Below, one piece after another: positions 6,990 to 20,590 of a stretch of DNA of 64,000 nt (position 1 is its first letter; each line of letters opens with the position of its first letter). The stretch lies in the NCBI GenBank assembly GCA_044892505.1, contig CM097882.1, positions 126,046,001-126,110,000 on the forward strand, in the 5' to 3' direction. Position numbers and translations under genes: made by a program. The notes below the pieces were generated by a model. It was not told the origin of the DNA, made no database searches, and worked only from the letters and a program-made list of their open reading frames with translations. The DNA is from Schmidtea nova (Eukaryota).

Positions 6990-9725
6990 AAATATTGCAA
7001 AAAACATATAATAATATTATAATAAAGAAGTACAACACAAAAGTAATCTTAAAATTATATAAAACTGCCACATTTCTAACAAATCACAGAAAATAGACAA
7101 TATAAAATAATTTTCATTTAAAACAATTATAGAAAATAAAAAAATAGAGAAAAATCACATTTAGATGAATATATTCCACAAATAAAAAAATCATCAATGT
7201 GATGGCTGCTGATTTTTTACATTGCATAAACTTTCGATTCTGGGAGCTATATTTGTTATAGATAGGCGTAAAGCTGGGCTAATTTCCAAATTATTTCTTT
7301 GCTTGATTTTTATGAGCGTCATTGCGGAGAATGCAGATTCACACAAATATGTTGTTGAAAATGGTAGCAACACTCTCATTGATTTTGTATGTAAATCTGC
7401 ATACTCATTTTTAACTTGAATCCAAAATTGAATTTTATCTTTCGAGCTGAATTGTAATTTTAATGAAGAGTCGCAACTTAACTCTACTAATTTTTCCTCT
7501 TCCGAATCAGACAAGTCCACATATTTCCCTTTCGCATATTTCATGTTTCTGTAAAAAGTAGTCTTCGAACGCGTAAGAAATCCCTGCTAGATGTTCAGAA
7601 ATAATATTTGATAAAGACTCGGTATTCACATTCACTGTATTTAATAATTCTTCGAAAGAGTGGAACACTCTGCAGTTTTTTTCTTCAATACGCTTGCGCC
7701 ATAATTCTCTTTTTTTTGAATGCATCGATTTTATACCATAAATTAAAAATAGTAATGCTATTTTCTTGAAGACTTAAATTTAAATCGTTGAATAATGAAA
7801 ATATGTCCGACAAATATGCCAAATTTGCCATCCATTCGTCGTTGCGGAAAAAAGGCTAATTCTGAATTCTTTGTATTTAAAAAGGATTTAACTTCAAAAA
7901 GAGTCTTTGTAATATTCTTCCCCTCGACAGCCATCGTACTTCTGCATGAAGTAATAAATTTTCATGCCCAGATCCAATTTCATTACATAAAGTAGAAAAT
8001 AATCTTGAATTTAATGCGTTACTCTTGATATAATTTATGATTCGTATAGATTGAGAAAGTACGCAGTTCAGGTCTGGAGACATTTTTTCCCCACATAAAT
8101 GCTGTCGGTGTATGAAGCAATGAGTAAATATCATTCCAACTGCATCTACCTTTAAAATTTTTGCTGCGACTCCCGAATGTTTCTCTGTCATGCTTGCCGC
8201 ACCATCAGTACATAAACCAATACAATTTTTCCAATTTATTGATTTATTTTCGATGTATGTGTTGAGAGCTTTAAATATTTCTAAGTTAGTTGTGTGACTA
8301 GGAAGTTCAAGACAACAAAGTATTTCTTCTTTACTCTCGTTTATTTCGTGATCAATATAACGAACGTAACATAAAAGTATTGCTTTGTTAGACATATCAG
8401 TGGATTCGTCCATCTGAATAGCAAACAATGATTTGTTTACTTTTTGAATGAGTTGATCTTCAACATCAGTTGCTAATTCAACGATTCTTCGTTGAATTGT
8501 ATCATTGAAAAAAGGCAAACTTTTCATTTTACCTCCGGCTGTGGGGCCCAGTAATTCAGAGCATACGTTTATCAAACAAGGTTTGATTAAATTTTCGGCG
8601 ATAGAGTATGGCTTCTTGCATTTTGCGATTCTTAAGGCCACTAAATATGAAGACTTTACTAGATACTTGTCGACTAAAAAGCATTTTTTAAAAGATGTTT
8701 GATGTTTAAAGTCAAGGCTTTGGCTTTCAAAATAATTCAGGGGCTTATTTTGTAAGGTTGGATGTTTGGTTTTTAAGTGTCGTAGTAAGTTTGCTGGTTT
8801 CATACATTCATTTGATTAAACGTCCTTACAAATAACACATTGTAGCTTAGGTAATTTTTCTTCCGATTTTTGCCAAAGAATTAAACCAAATTTTAAATAA
8901 TCATTATTGTATTGACGAACAAAAATACATTTTCGTTTTGCCTGTGGTGAATCATTTTGGTAATTATTAATAATTTCACTTGTATTCGAAGTATTGAGCA
9001 TGTTTTTTGAAAAAGATTTTCAATTTTTCTTGGTATTCTCTTATTACTCATTTTTAAAAATACTAAAAATAAATTAATAATTAATAATTTTGATCATAAA
9101 TTATTTAAATTCAATGCTCAATACCTATTTAATTTAAAAGAATTAAGTTATAACGTTTTATATGCATAAAAAATAATGAATTGTTTAATAATCATATATC
9201 ATATATAAACAATAATAATTTCAGCAAATATACTTTTTTCCATCCACACGCTGTCAAATCGCACACTAAAATAATAAAATTTAACGGAAATGTAGTAACA
9301 ACTGCGTACCGAAACTTTTCCCTTCCCCTTCTTTGCAAACTCGTCTAGTTTGCATTTGACTCAACCGATCGCTCGTTGCATTTCGACCTTTTGCGCTCGG
9401 CCTCAGAGTGTTTTATAGTCACACGTAAATTAAATTTTATTTACTGGATGTACTGTGAAGATCAAATTATGTAGTAACTACATTGTAGTTGATAATGAAC
9501 TGATGTTATGAAGTAACACATAATATTTATTTTATGAAATTAAAAAAGTCATTTAATTATTTAGTTAAAAGTTTTTGTTAGCAAAAGTATAATAATTATT
9601 AAAAAGTTTCGTTATCATCACTTGAAATTTTCCGAATTTCAGTGAGAACCCTAAAACTTTCGCGGACCCGTAGAACTTTCCTGCGGACTGGTGCCTGTCC
9701 GCGGACCGGCTGTTGAGAAACACTG
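6990..9725 (-). mobile_element. hAT (Buster/Charlie-like) DNA transposon, one end missing
   Basis: Right terminus GTTGAGAAACACTG (rc CAGTGTTTCTCAAC) ends at 9725; no matching left TIR found; encloses transposase fragments. Confidence 0.75.
7194..9001 (-). pseudogene. Buster/ZBED5/SCAND3-like hAT transposase, frameshifted
   Basis: BED finger fragment (CVICKDV...MKPANLLRHLKTKH), FAIQMDESTD, CTDGAASM, CFIHRQHL, HAEVRWLSRG, LLPFSTTYLCESAFS split over 4-5 ORFs. Confidence 0.92.
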
Positions 9726-9931
9726 GTATAGATTATAGTATATTTTCCAAATCTATCTATAGATTGTTGAGGTTTTTTATCCGAAACTTCATTTTGGAAA
9801 TAATTCTCTGTGATACTCTAGTCTTGTAATTAATATTAATTAACATTTCTAAAAGTTTTGATTCTTACATTTAAATATATAATTGTTTAGATGTTATAAA
9901 CAAAATTAAAACAAATAATCAAATTTATAAT

Positions 9932-10075
9932 ATGGAATTAAGAAATGATACAATATATCAAATTGTTGGTCCTAGTGCTAGTGGATAAAGATTATTTGTT
10001 TTTAAATTACTAAAGTCAAAATTATTCTAATCAAAATTTAGCAATATTTTCTGGCGTTGTGGAGTAGGTGAATAA
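9932..10075 (+). pseudogene. Polinton-type packaging ATPase N-terminal relic
   Basis: ATG 9932: MELRNDTIYQIVGPSASG*RLFVFKLLKSKLF (Walker A GPSxSGK with K to TAA), then IFWRCG after a frameshift, like the IxWCYG motif of Polinton ATPases. Confidence 0.6.
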
Positions 10076-10129
10076 CATGAATTTAACACAATCGAATTTT
10101 TATAATTTATGGTGAGTTATTGGTTATAC

Positions 10130-10460
10130 GTGAAAACTAATTACCGTGGCTCTACTTCTAATAACCTTGCATATAAATATTGAATAGCCATCTTGTTGTT
10201 CGCTACAGTGTAACGTTGAAACTGCAACAAATCCGTGGACAGTCGCAAAAGAATATATTTGATTTCAAATTTGCAAATATTGAACTTCCATCAATTATAA
10301 TAACAGCACATGTTGGAATGAAGATAAATTTGTGCATGAATATTTGACCCGGAATTGTTCTCTGTTTTCGATATTTAAAATATAATCCAAAGTGTGTAGG
10401 CACATTTTCAAGTAGAAATATTGTTATTTTAGGTATAAAAAAGTCTAGATTATCAAATAT
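10130..10460 (+). pseudogene. TATA-binding-protein-like gene relic
   Basis: Reconstructed across frameshifts: NYRG..., ELPSIIITAHVGMKINL, FDPELFSV-RYLKYNPKCVGTFSSRNIVILGIK versus the TBP repeat YEPELFPGLIYR...IFxSGKxVxTGxK. Confidence 0.55.
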
Positions 10461-11445
10461 ATGTTGATGAATTACTTTCTCATATAAAAAGTTTATTGTT
10501 ATGATGAAATTTTATAAATGCTAGTGTCAAATAATTTTGATTAATTTATAAAAATTTGAAATATGGTATATTATTTATTCGATATTTATTATTACATTTA
10601 TTTTTAGATGATTTACCGGAGATTTTGTTAAATAAATTAGATGAGTTTTATTCAACTGTTAAATGTATGTTAAAATATCAAGCACCTGAAGTTTGCATTT
10701 GTAAAATAAAAGAAATAGTTGGAATTAATATTGAAGTCTTGATGAACAAGTATAATACGTGTAACAAGTAATGTAATAAGTATAACAAGTATAATATAAG
10801 AAACAAAAAATCTCAGCAGTATATTAAAAATGTGTTATTGGTGTACTAAAAATGAATAAAATCGTTATTATATAGTAGACTAATAAGGTAGAAAAAATCA
10901 TTAACCACAGTAGGAGGACGTGTCCGGTCTGTATCCGTATGAGTTATCGCGCGTTTTTTGGCGCCATTTTTAAAGTGTGTTTTGTTTAAATGTTTAAATG
11001 TTTAGAATTTATTATTTTTATTATTAAATTATTTTGTTTTATTATTATTTTTTTTATTTAAACTATGTTTTGTTTATTAATTAATTTTTCTTTTTTAATT
11101 AGTTATTTATTTTTTTTTAACTTATATTTATTAATATTTTTTTAATTAGTTATTTTTTTTGTTAGTATTATTTATTATCGTTATTATAATTTTTGAACCA
11201 CTTCAATGATACATGTTCAACGAAAACATTCATAAACATATTATAAACATTCAACAAAATGAGACAATTCTGCACAACATAAAATTACATGGTCAAATAC
11301 AATAAATATTAAACTATTATTATTTTATTATTAATATTACTATTATTTCTATGACATAACCATAGTTTCTAAAAATTATTACCCAAATTATTAAAACAGG
11401 CTGAAACTAATCTGTACAATATATAACAAAGTTTTTCAACAAAAT

Positions 11446-14400
11446 TTATTTAAATAAAACTGTTTCTTCTTCAGTTTGATCTTGGAATTGCTGATCTGGA
11501 TTGATTCTTGGATCGATATGTTGAAATATAACCAAGTCACTTTCCATATAATGGCCATATGCCAAGCTTTTATTTTTCGCAATCCATTTCTTTTTATCAT
11601 CTGCGTTTGTCAGTGCAGTCTTTTCATTTTTATAGTGTAAAAAGTTGATGATTTTTACTTGTGATTCTGGTTTGGGGAAAAAAAATATTTGGGTATTATT
11701 AAAACAGTTTAAGTACGACTGATGTTTTATGTCAGTACCCGCCAATGTTGCCCCTTTAGCTTTATTAGTTTCCTCGTCATCTAAAAGACTATAACATTTA
11801 GGTCTATGAAACACCCACTCCTGGTACTTAAGCCCTTTATTCTCGTCTTTGAACTTGCCAATGACAGAATCAAGGTTCCTACTGTATAATGGGTGATTCG
11901 GATTATAATTAGAAGTGTCAAGTAAGTTATCTCTTATCATGGCCGGTAAAAGAACATCAAGCTTACAATTTCTAATCTCAAGAAAAAATGAATCGGTGTC
12001 ACCAGCAACGATGTTGATTTCGCAGTTGAATTCGTTACGATATTTTTGTAACTCTTCATACTGCAGCTGGTACATTCTAAGTTTAGATAGATCCAGTACA
12101 GTTTAACCAATGTACCTGGGTCTATCCAAACACACAGATTTCTTATTCAGCAAGACGGCAACCAAATCATCGTCAATTTCGAAAGTCCTTTAAGTCTGGT
12201 ATTGGTGTCGATGTAATCCTTAAAAATTTATGCTTGTTTGAATTTAATTGCCCTATGGACATGAGTTATTTTTACTCCAAGAGAAAAAAAAATTTGAGAA
12301 GTCGTAAAATTTTTTTGTGAGAAGTCGTAATGCGTAAGCATCAACTTCTCAGCCTTTGAGCCAGGTGGACACATCTTTTCAGCGGCAACCTGCAAATCAT
12401 CCAGCTTGTCGTGAATCGAATCAGGAATTTCTAAATCGACTTCGATTGTAAACCCAAATGTTAATACTTCTAAATCAGCAGATTCACAGTAATAAATTAT
12501 TTTATTTTATTTTTTCCTATCATTTACCCATTTAAATTCTTTATACGGTAGTTTTTGGCTTAAAGCCCACCCATATAAATTATTTATATCTATATAAAGA
12601 AGCTCAGTGTCGTCAGAAGATACTACATGATGTTTGTTAACAAATGTTATCCCACCCCGGATCCCCCTTTCGAAAAAATTATATATCTCCATATCTTGAA
12701 GCAACTGGATAGGAGATTTTAAAGTCATCAAAGAAGAACTCCATGACATGCCTGGAATTCCCAAGAAACTAAGAGGCTCAAGTCGATTATGTGCAATGGA
12801 TTTTGCCCTAAACTGCTGAAAAAGTCGGCAAGTAAGAAAACATCCAATTTCAGATATATCATCATATAATCAAACAATGTTTCACAATTAAATTCATCCC
12901 ATATATGTTGAGCCTTTTCATACTCGTCGATATTAACTACCTTCCAAATTGGTGGCAACTCGTATGTATTTTGTAAAACCTCTAAAGAAGTTGCAAAATT
13001 ATATGGGAATATGCCTTTGGAAGTAATACTAGTCCCTATAAATTCGGATGAAGTAAGAGGAAAATCTGTTAAAGTCTTTACAGCATCGTTTAAGCTACAG
13101 CTTACAAATTGGCAAGAATCGATAAATTTAATAGTTAAACTATCGACTCTTGCATATAAAGTCAAAAACTTTTCACTTGTAGTAGGAATACAACTTATAT
13201 CCCATTTAACGAATTTATTTAAACCATACTTGAGGATATGATGCAAATCATATCCGCGTAAATTATGAAATATGACTGGCATGATGAATCTTATTTGTCG
13301 AGAAAAATTGCATTTAGAGCAAGCCGCACCCAAATATTTACCTGTATAATGGTCATGATCTTTAACCGGATTTCTCAAAGGTTTATTACACAAATAACAA
13401 ATTGTAGAACTACGAAATGATCTTATTTGTGAAGGGGAAAGATATTCCATTTTCTTTTTGGAATTATTTATAAAGTAAGGCAAAACTACTTTTTTTCCTA
13501 TATCGTTGATTTCAGTCAAAACCTCTTCTACGCAGTTAAGACCATAAGAGCTTTTATACGATTTTTCGCCAGTAAAGTTATTAATAAGCAACAAACCAGT
13601 GGAAATAGGTAAGTGACGTTTAAAATACTTATCGTCCTTGGGTAAAACAGCCTCAAAATCGGCATATACAACGAAAGGAGGGGTAACAATTTTTGACCAA
13701 TCTTTTAATTCCAAGTTCTTATCTGAAGGCAAAGTGTACAAAGTTGTACCTAACTGGTTTTTTGTACATAAAGCCTGATGTTTCTCAAAAGCTTCAGTCT
13801 TTCTAAATCCATTCAAGCAACGCTCGCACCAATTACATCTTATCCTAACATGCGTAACAGAAAGAGTGTCACAGTTCAAAAGCCTGTCAAGATTGGTAAC
13901 TCCTATATAGGGAAAAGAGTCACTTTCCTCTAACAAAATCAAATTAATTAGAGTGTCACCTACATTTGACCTATGAATAATATGAATAATATACGAATAA
14001 TACCTATGAATAATAATACCTATGAATAATATCTACAAATGAATGTTTCATGACTTCATCCTCCTCATTAATATTATTTAAATCATACTCATAATAGCCA
14101 GCCCAAAGTTTTTTTGCTTCAAATTTGGGTATATTACATAATTTCATTGGAAAATCAGAAGGATCGAAAACAGGGTCTGAGGGATTATAATTAGATGCTC
14201 TATTTCTATAATGACTGTTAACCTCATCATATTTTAAAATAGCCAAAATGCTATATATAAAGCACAAGTTATCAGTATTCTTTACATTGACAGTGCAATG
14301 TTTTGCATTTAATGATGGTGGAGTTTAACAAGAACCTTTACCGCTCAATCTACTTATTTGCGAATATTTTTTAAGTTTAAAGCTTATTTCTTTAATTTTA

Positions 14401-14570
14401 TTTATTGACCAATTGCTGCCATTTTCACAGACTTTAGTCATTTTTTCACTTAATAGAGCAATACCTTCATCACTCATTGGCTTTGCGGAATTTAATATTA
14501 TAAGAGATTGAAATTCCCCAGTTTTTTCAAATTCTATATCAATGCAAAATTGTACTTTTATATATCCCAT
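11446..14570 (-). pseudogene. Protein-primed family B DNA polymerase (Polinton/Maverick type) with endonuclease-VII-like Zn motif; copy 1
   Basis: GSNW, CFIYSILA, PPFVVYADFE, KDHDHYTGKYLGAACSKCN, VIFHNLRGYDLH, KFIDS, KLDVFLLAD, LYIDINNLYGWA, AGDTDS, GKFKDE, RPKCY, DDKK. Several frameshifts; motif B (KxxxNxxYG) region deleted near 12190. Confidence 0.92.
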
Positions 14571-14621
14571 TTTGGAAATAACTGAATTAAATTTATTTAA
14601 TAAAGGCGAATGAATAATTAA

Positions 14622-15002
14622 TTAATTTAAATTTAAAGAATTCACATCCATTTTAACAATGGCATGAGATTTTTTCAAATTATATTTAACCAAAGGTTCA
14701 ACAGAACCGCCATATTGGACAACATGCAAATTAGGAATAACTAAAACATTGTCATTTGATGAATGAACATCTTCATCATCGGATAATACAATTATTTTAG
14801 CAGGTTTAGGACAAACAGAAACATTTCGTCGTTTACTTTTATTAATTAATGCGAAAAGACTTTTCTTAGTGCATGATAATTGATTTAAATGGAGATAATG
14901 TTGGAAATAAAAATCAATGTAATTTATATGTTGGGCGCTCTTACATGTGGGACATAAATAGAAGGTGACTTGGTTATTTATAATACGATAGTATCGCTCC
15001 AT
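14622..15002 (-). CDS. Hypothetical protein with CxxC/His Zn-binding-like motif upstream of pPolB
   Basis: 126-aa ATG-initiated ORF (CPTC...HYLH; QYGG), same strand and directly upstream of the polymerase. Confidence 0.4.
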   Translation of the reverse strand: MERYYRIINNQVTFYLCPTCKSAQHINYIDFYFQHYLHLNQLSCTKKSLFALINKSKRRNVSVCPKPAKIIVLSDDEDVHSSNDNVLVIPNLHVVQYGGSVEPLVKYNLKKSHAIVKMDVNSLNLN

Positions 15003-15984
15003 TAACTTGTGGCAGTTGTTATGATTTGACGACTTACAATAATTCGCATAAAATTTACCTTAATATGAAATATCTTTAAATTTATCAAAAGATCATTAAA
15101 AATAAATTAATAAAAATATGAATTATTAGAAAATAAATATGAAATTTAAGATAAATATGATTTAAATATAATAATTACTAAAATAATTTAAATTTAATAT
15201 AAAACTTATTACTAAATAATATTAAAGGAATTTGTTTAAATTAACTGTTTACGTAAAGTAAAGATTATTTAAATTATTACAAAATATTACCAAAAATATA
15301 TATTTACAAATATTTTACTAAAGTTATTTACTAAATTGATTAAAATAATTATCAAAATATAATTAAATTAATTAAAATTAATCAATACTTACATTGAACA
15401 TTCAGTACCACATCAGGTATAACTCCATTATTCATTATATTCTCATTATTAACAATCTCAGCTTGTACGGTAGTTTGTTCAGTCATATTTACATCACCTA
15501 AAGTAAAAGTTAAATAATTTACTAACTTAATGATTAAGTACCATTTTCTTCACCATTTTCTAAAATCGATTTCCCAATTGAATAATTGATATTACCTAAA
15601 TTAATACTAAATGATAATAAATTAAAAACGGGTTTTCCACGGGTTTTCGTTCATAAAACTTGTTATAATGTTCATTTTAAATGTTTATTATTTGTTAAAG
15701 TGAATAATGAATGAAAAAGTATTGTTTATATATCAAAGTTATTACACACACATAACCTTTGACCAATAAAAATCGAGTAAGGGGTAGGAAATTTATTCTT
15801 ATTAGCCAATCAGAATCGACTAAGAGGCAGAAAAGCTATTATTATCATCAAATCAAGTTCAAGAAAATGATAGAGAATTATGACTTAATATATATTGCGT
15901 TGCAGTATTTTAAAAAACTAGAAAAGTTATTTCAACAAATTATAATACACATCAAAGTTATAAAATATTTCAATGAAATGCATG

Positions 15985-18657
15985 TGTTGGGCGTGTTGGA
16001 TGGGTTAAAACAAAAAGATAAAATAATTGAACGCTCTAGGGATGCCTCCATCCAAGACCAAACATAAAATGCTTACGTATCACACGAGCACCCTCGATCA
16101 TTTCCCTGTAATAATCGAGTTGGAAATGTGCAAGGTGTTTGAACAATGATGGGCAGGTGAGCTCTATTGCTAAAACTAATCCCCATTTATGTTCACGGGT
16201 TCGTCTCGCTGCCGATAGAAGGACTTACGCTTTACCTTTACTTTAATCTATCCGCATTCATTATCTTTTAATTCAATTTTTTCCTCTGCCCCCTTCTTTA
16301 CAATATCAACAGATAATTCCAATTAATTACAATATGTTATCTCTTTAATGCTCCTATTGTTTATTATATTTATGTCAATCCTATTGTCAATTATAATCTA
16401 CATTTAATTTAATTTTAAATTTTTAATAAAATACTTTATTTCCAATACTTTATAATAAAATAAATACAAAAACAAAAAAATATAATTAAGCTAAATTTTT
16501 ATACACAATTCAATAATACTAAAAATTCTCAAGTCGTCATTCAAAATATTTGATAATATCTTCATCAGTTACTACGAAATCCATAGTTAAGTCGATTTCC
16601 GGTATTTCTTTTGAATGATGTATCAATTGTTGTAGGACTTGCTTTTTCCAACGACGCTGACGTGCGCCCATCTTACTCTTCTTCTTCTTTTTAATCTCTG
16701 GATTTCCTACGCTTTTTGGTGTAGTTTGCATTGGGATTTCTCGAACCTGAGATGGTTCATCCGTATTTGTTCCTTTTGAACAGCTTGACTTCTCTTCAGC
16801 CCAATGCTGATATGTAATTGGACGGATGAGTTGTTTCAACTCTTGATTGAGGTAAGAAGCCGTTACCGATTTCAAGCATTTCCTTAATTCTATTTTAGTT
16901 GCTTCCAGCTCCATTTTATATTCATCATTCGCTCGTTGAGAGCGTTGATTCTTGAGAAGTTGGGCCTTCATTTGGTCTGGGCTAAACCAGCTCTTTTTTA
17001 ACTTTGCTATGGTGATGTCGGCTTCTTTTATTCTTTCCGATTTATTGGATATCTCCTTCTCAAGGCTGCGGATAATACGCCAAGCCTTGTCCAATTCTGA
17101 TTGAAGAGTTGCTGATGTGATTGACATTTTTCTAGAATTCAAGATGGTTTATCAATATGAACTTGGTTTTTTTTTGGTTTGAATAACTCTCATAATTTCT
17201 ACGACTATTAACTTCCAATTCAGGAAAAGAAATAATATACATCCTTTCAACACTGTCGCTATGTACAGCGATCAGATACATTCATTTGATAATTCATTTC
17301 ATTTATTCACACCTGTGCTATATACAGCAACCAGGATAATAAATTATTAAAAATAAAACTAAGATCTACTGCCCTATGTACAGGGTTCAGGATAATATAT
17401 TACATTTCCTTATGAATTATCTGTGTTGAATATTTGATCCGTTGATGATGCTCTATTTGTGTGGTAGATCACTGAACTACGCTATTAAAGTTATCGATTT
17501 CTTACATTCTTTCATTTAAAGGTGTATGCTACACTTATTCCTAAGCTTTATATCAGCCGCTTTATGTCAACAAACCCCAGATGTGACAATCGTAAAAATA
17601 GGGTACTATTCTGTTAATCCAAATAGGAAATCAGATCAATAATAATCACATCTATTATTATCTCAAAAATAAAATCAATCTATGATTATCTCAAAATTAA
17701 AATTAAACTCAAACTCAAACTGGTTATACTATCCAGTGATAAAAAGTGTTAGCATTTATGGTTAGTAAAATCCTACCCTCCGAGTGGCACTTTATACCAG
17801 TCGGACGGCCTAACTGTACGGAGCAATCTTTTACTCGGCACAGTATGCCTCCTTTCATCGATTTCACGATGTTCAGGAGCCCCCTTGCATAATAATACAT
17901 ATCTATACTTAAATACAATATATAATATAAATTCGCCTCCTTCCACCGATTACACAGTGGAAGAAGCTCGACCAAAATATAATCCTGAATAATATAAATA
18001 ATCTAATACCCTTGTCTCCTTCCACCGATTACACAGTGGAAGAAGCTTGAACAAATAAAAAGTATAACTAAAATTATTCATAAAACTTTTAATTGTTAAT
18101 GACAATAATGACAGAAATCATACAAATATTAACAAAAATAAAAATCAATAACCCATACCTAGTATCTATCTGGATTGAAATAGAAAGTTTCAGTAAAATC
18201 TAACTAGATCAATACTTGCAAAAAGCTTGAAAAAATCATTGAACTCATCTGAATCTGCATCAGTATATATACTGATCAGATCAATTTTTGAACCAATCAG
18301 CTTGAAGCTGATTATCAGACCAATACAAGTTCATTAAAATAATAAATTTTTATTAAAACTAAAATCGATTTATTTTTGTTTTAAATAACTAAATTTTCTT
18401 GTTTTGATTTCTAATTTAACCTAAAATAATTATATTTTCCACTCTAATCTTTCATTTTTCCTGTTACGTTTCCACATATCTTATTTATTTTTTAATCTTT
18501 TTATTCCATTAATTATTCCATTAATTATTTTATTTTTATTTATTCTACTACTTTACATTTAAATCTTTATGATAATATTATCCTAATTTAACATATTTAT
18601 TTTATTCTATTATTATTGTTTATTTAATTAAATGTTGGTCATTTGGTGGACCCAACA
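15985..18657 (-). mobile_element. Solo LTR (2673 bp, LTR2), paralog of LTR1
   Basis: TGTTGG...CCAACA ends with 4-bp TSD CATG (15981-15984 and 18658-18661); collinear with LTR1. Confidence 0.92.
16537..17127 (-). CDS. LTR-encoded 196-aa coiled-coil/Arg-rich protein, paralog of 4119-4712
   Basis: Intact ORF; ATG at 17127 aligns with the LTR1 ATG (the track's 17142 start is a TTG extension). Confidence 0.9.
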   Translation of the reverse strand: MSITSATLQSELDKAWRIIRSLEKEISNKSERIKEADITIAKLKKSWFSPDQMKAQLLKNQRSQRANDEYKMELEATKIELRKCLKSVTASYLNQELKQLIRPITYQHWAEEKSSCSKGTNTDEPSQVREIPMQTTPKSVGNPEIKKKKKSKMGARQRRWKKQVLQQLIHHSKEIPEIDLTMDFVVTDEDIIKYFE

Positions 18658-18711
18658 CATGCATGTCATATGATTAAAATATATTAGATTAAATATTTCA
18701 GTGAATTACAT

Positions 18712-18815
18712 CTAAATTATATTACATTTCAATAATTACGTTTCAATAATTTACGTTACATTTCAATAATTTACGTTACATTTCAATAATTATATTACAT
18801 TTCAATAATTACGTC
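18712..18815. repeat. Short tandem repeat, ~21-bp unit (ATTTCAATAATTTACGTTAC-like)
   Basis: About 5 copies visible directly. Confidence 0.75.
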
Positions 18816-19392
18816 AGTTATAAAAAATATTTTAATTAATTTTGATAAAATACATTAGAATTGTCAATAACACACACAAAACTTTTATAATTTTCATTAG
18901 TATATGATAGAAAATTAAATTATATTTACACATGATTACAATTCGATAAATCTATGCTAAATAGCCGAAAAATCCAGTACTTTATTACAAAACATGTGTG
19001 CATCACAAACATATCGATATTCCTAATTTTTAATAAAGTTATTTTGTAGAAAATTAAATTTTACTTTTTCTTCTTTTGCGATTTTTATTTATTTTATTTG
19101 ATAAGTATACAAGTTAAATTTATCGATTAATAGTTACAATAATTTTCAAAGTAATTCTTTCTTTTATTTTCCTTTCGTTTTTCTTCATTTTTTTTCTTGA
19201 ATAAATAGTAAAATTTTGATTGCAACGTGTAGAGTAGATGTTTTCAAATCGAAGAAGCTGTAAATATTTTGAATCCAAAGAAACCAGTGACAAATCAAGA
19301 AATAAAAACAAGGTTTGGGGTGGTTCAAATTTATTTTAGAGGAATAATAGGGGGTCTGGATGGGTACTTTGGGGGTCTTTAATAAAATATTT

Positions 19393-19698
19393 GGCGACGC
19401 TCTAGTATAGTGGGGCAATATAAATATAAATAAAATATTATTTATATTTGGTGTTAATTAATTAAAATAATTTAATTAATTTAATTAATTATTTAATTAA
19501 AAAATTTTAAAAAAATTTAAATAATTAAAAAAATTAATTATTTAATTATTTAATAAAAAATTATTTATATTTGGTGTTAATTAAACGAATAATTTATTTA
19601 ATTTATTTATTTTAATTAATTTAATTGATTAATTAAACGATTAATTAATTAATAAATTAATTTTTTATTTATATTGCCCCCTATACTAGAGCGTTGCC
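19393..19698. mobile_element. MITE-like element with ~38-bp TIRs and AT-rich core
   Basis: GGCGACGCTCTAGTATAG(T)GGGGCAATATAAATA is inverted at the right end; both ends are flanked by AAATATTT (possible 8-bp TSD, self-complementary). Confidence 0.6.
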
Positions 19699-20590
19699 AA
19701 ATATTTATGTGGTTTATAATAGAATTTCACCTTTTAGGGTGTCTATCACTCAGGAGGAGATTAGGCCCATCGGGCTCACATACCACTTCTAACTATGCAT
19801 AAATTGATAAAAAATTAAAATTATTTTTTCATTAACTCTACATAGTCGCTAACATGATTTGAAGGAAAATTAAAGAGCGATAAAACAGAAAACTGCCTTT
19901 AATCCATGTTATATAATCTGTAGCAAAACTTTACTTTCTTTGGAATTGTTGTTTTTTTAATAACTTAAAATAATTTTTAACAGAAGAATATAAAAATCAT
20001 TAATATCATTTGAACGGAATTCCTTTTGTTTTGTTATTTCGAAAAACTGCAATCATTTGAGATTTATTTGTTTCATAATATTATATTTCTAGTTCCAATT
20101 GAACATTTTAAAATGGTTTCAGTTTTATTTTGACCGTCAAAACAAAATTGTATGAAATAAGGTTCGAAAACTAATTTGTTCATCCAAATATTGAATTGAT
20201 TTGAGGTATAAATCCATTTAAAAATTCCAAATATTTTGCATTATTTAATTATTTTCATTAATTTTATTATGAAATGGTTAAAATAATATATCGATTTAAA
20301 TAATAAATCTAATTTCTTTTAAAATGTGTAATCAAATAGATAATATGTATATTTTTGGATTATTAATAATTTGTCGGTACATAACACTGACTCTTCGTGC
20401 TCTTTATACAAAATAAAAACTAATTACAATAAGATTTATTTTCAAATAATATTCATAACTCTTTGGTACACAACAGTCGAGTTTTCTTTGATAAATTTAT
20501 AGTAGGTGGAAGTGTGGATTCCGCAACAAAGGCAATTAAATAATCGATGGGTCATAATCAATGGAAATCTGTGGTTAAATATAGATTTTT

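Noticed and set aside
15759-16067. 102-aa plus-strand ORF
   Set aside because: Crosses the LTR2 insertion junction, TTG start, AT-rich composition; likely spurious.
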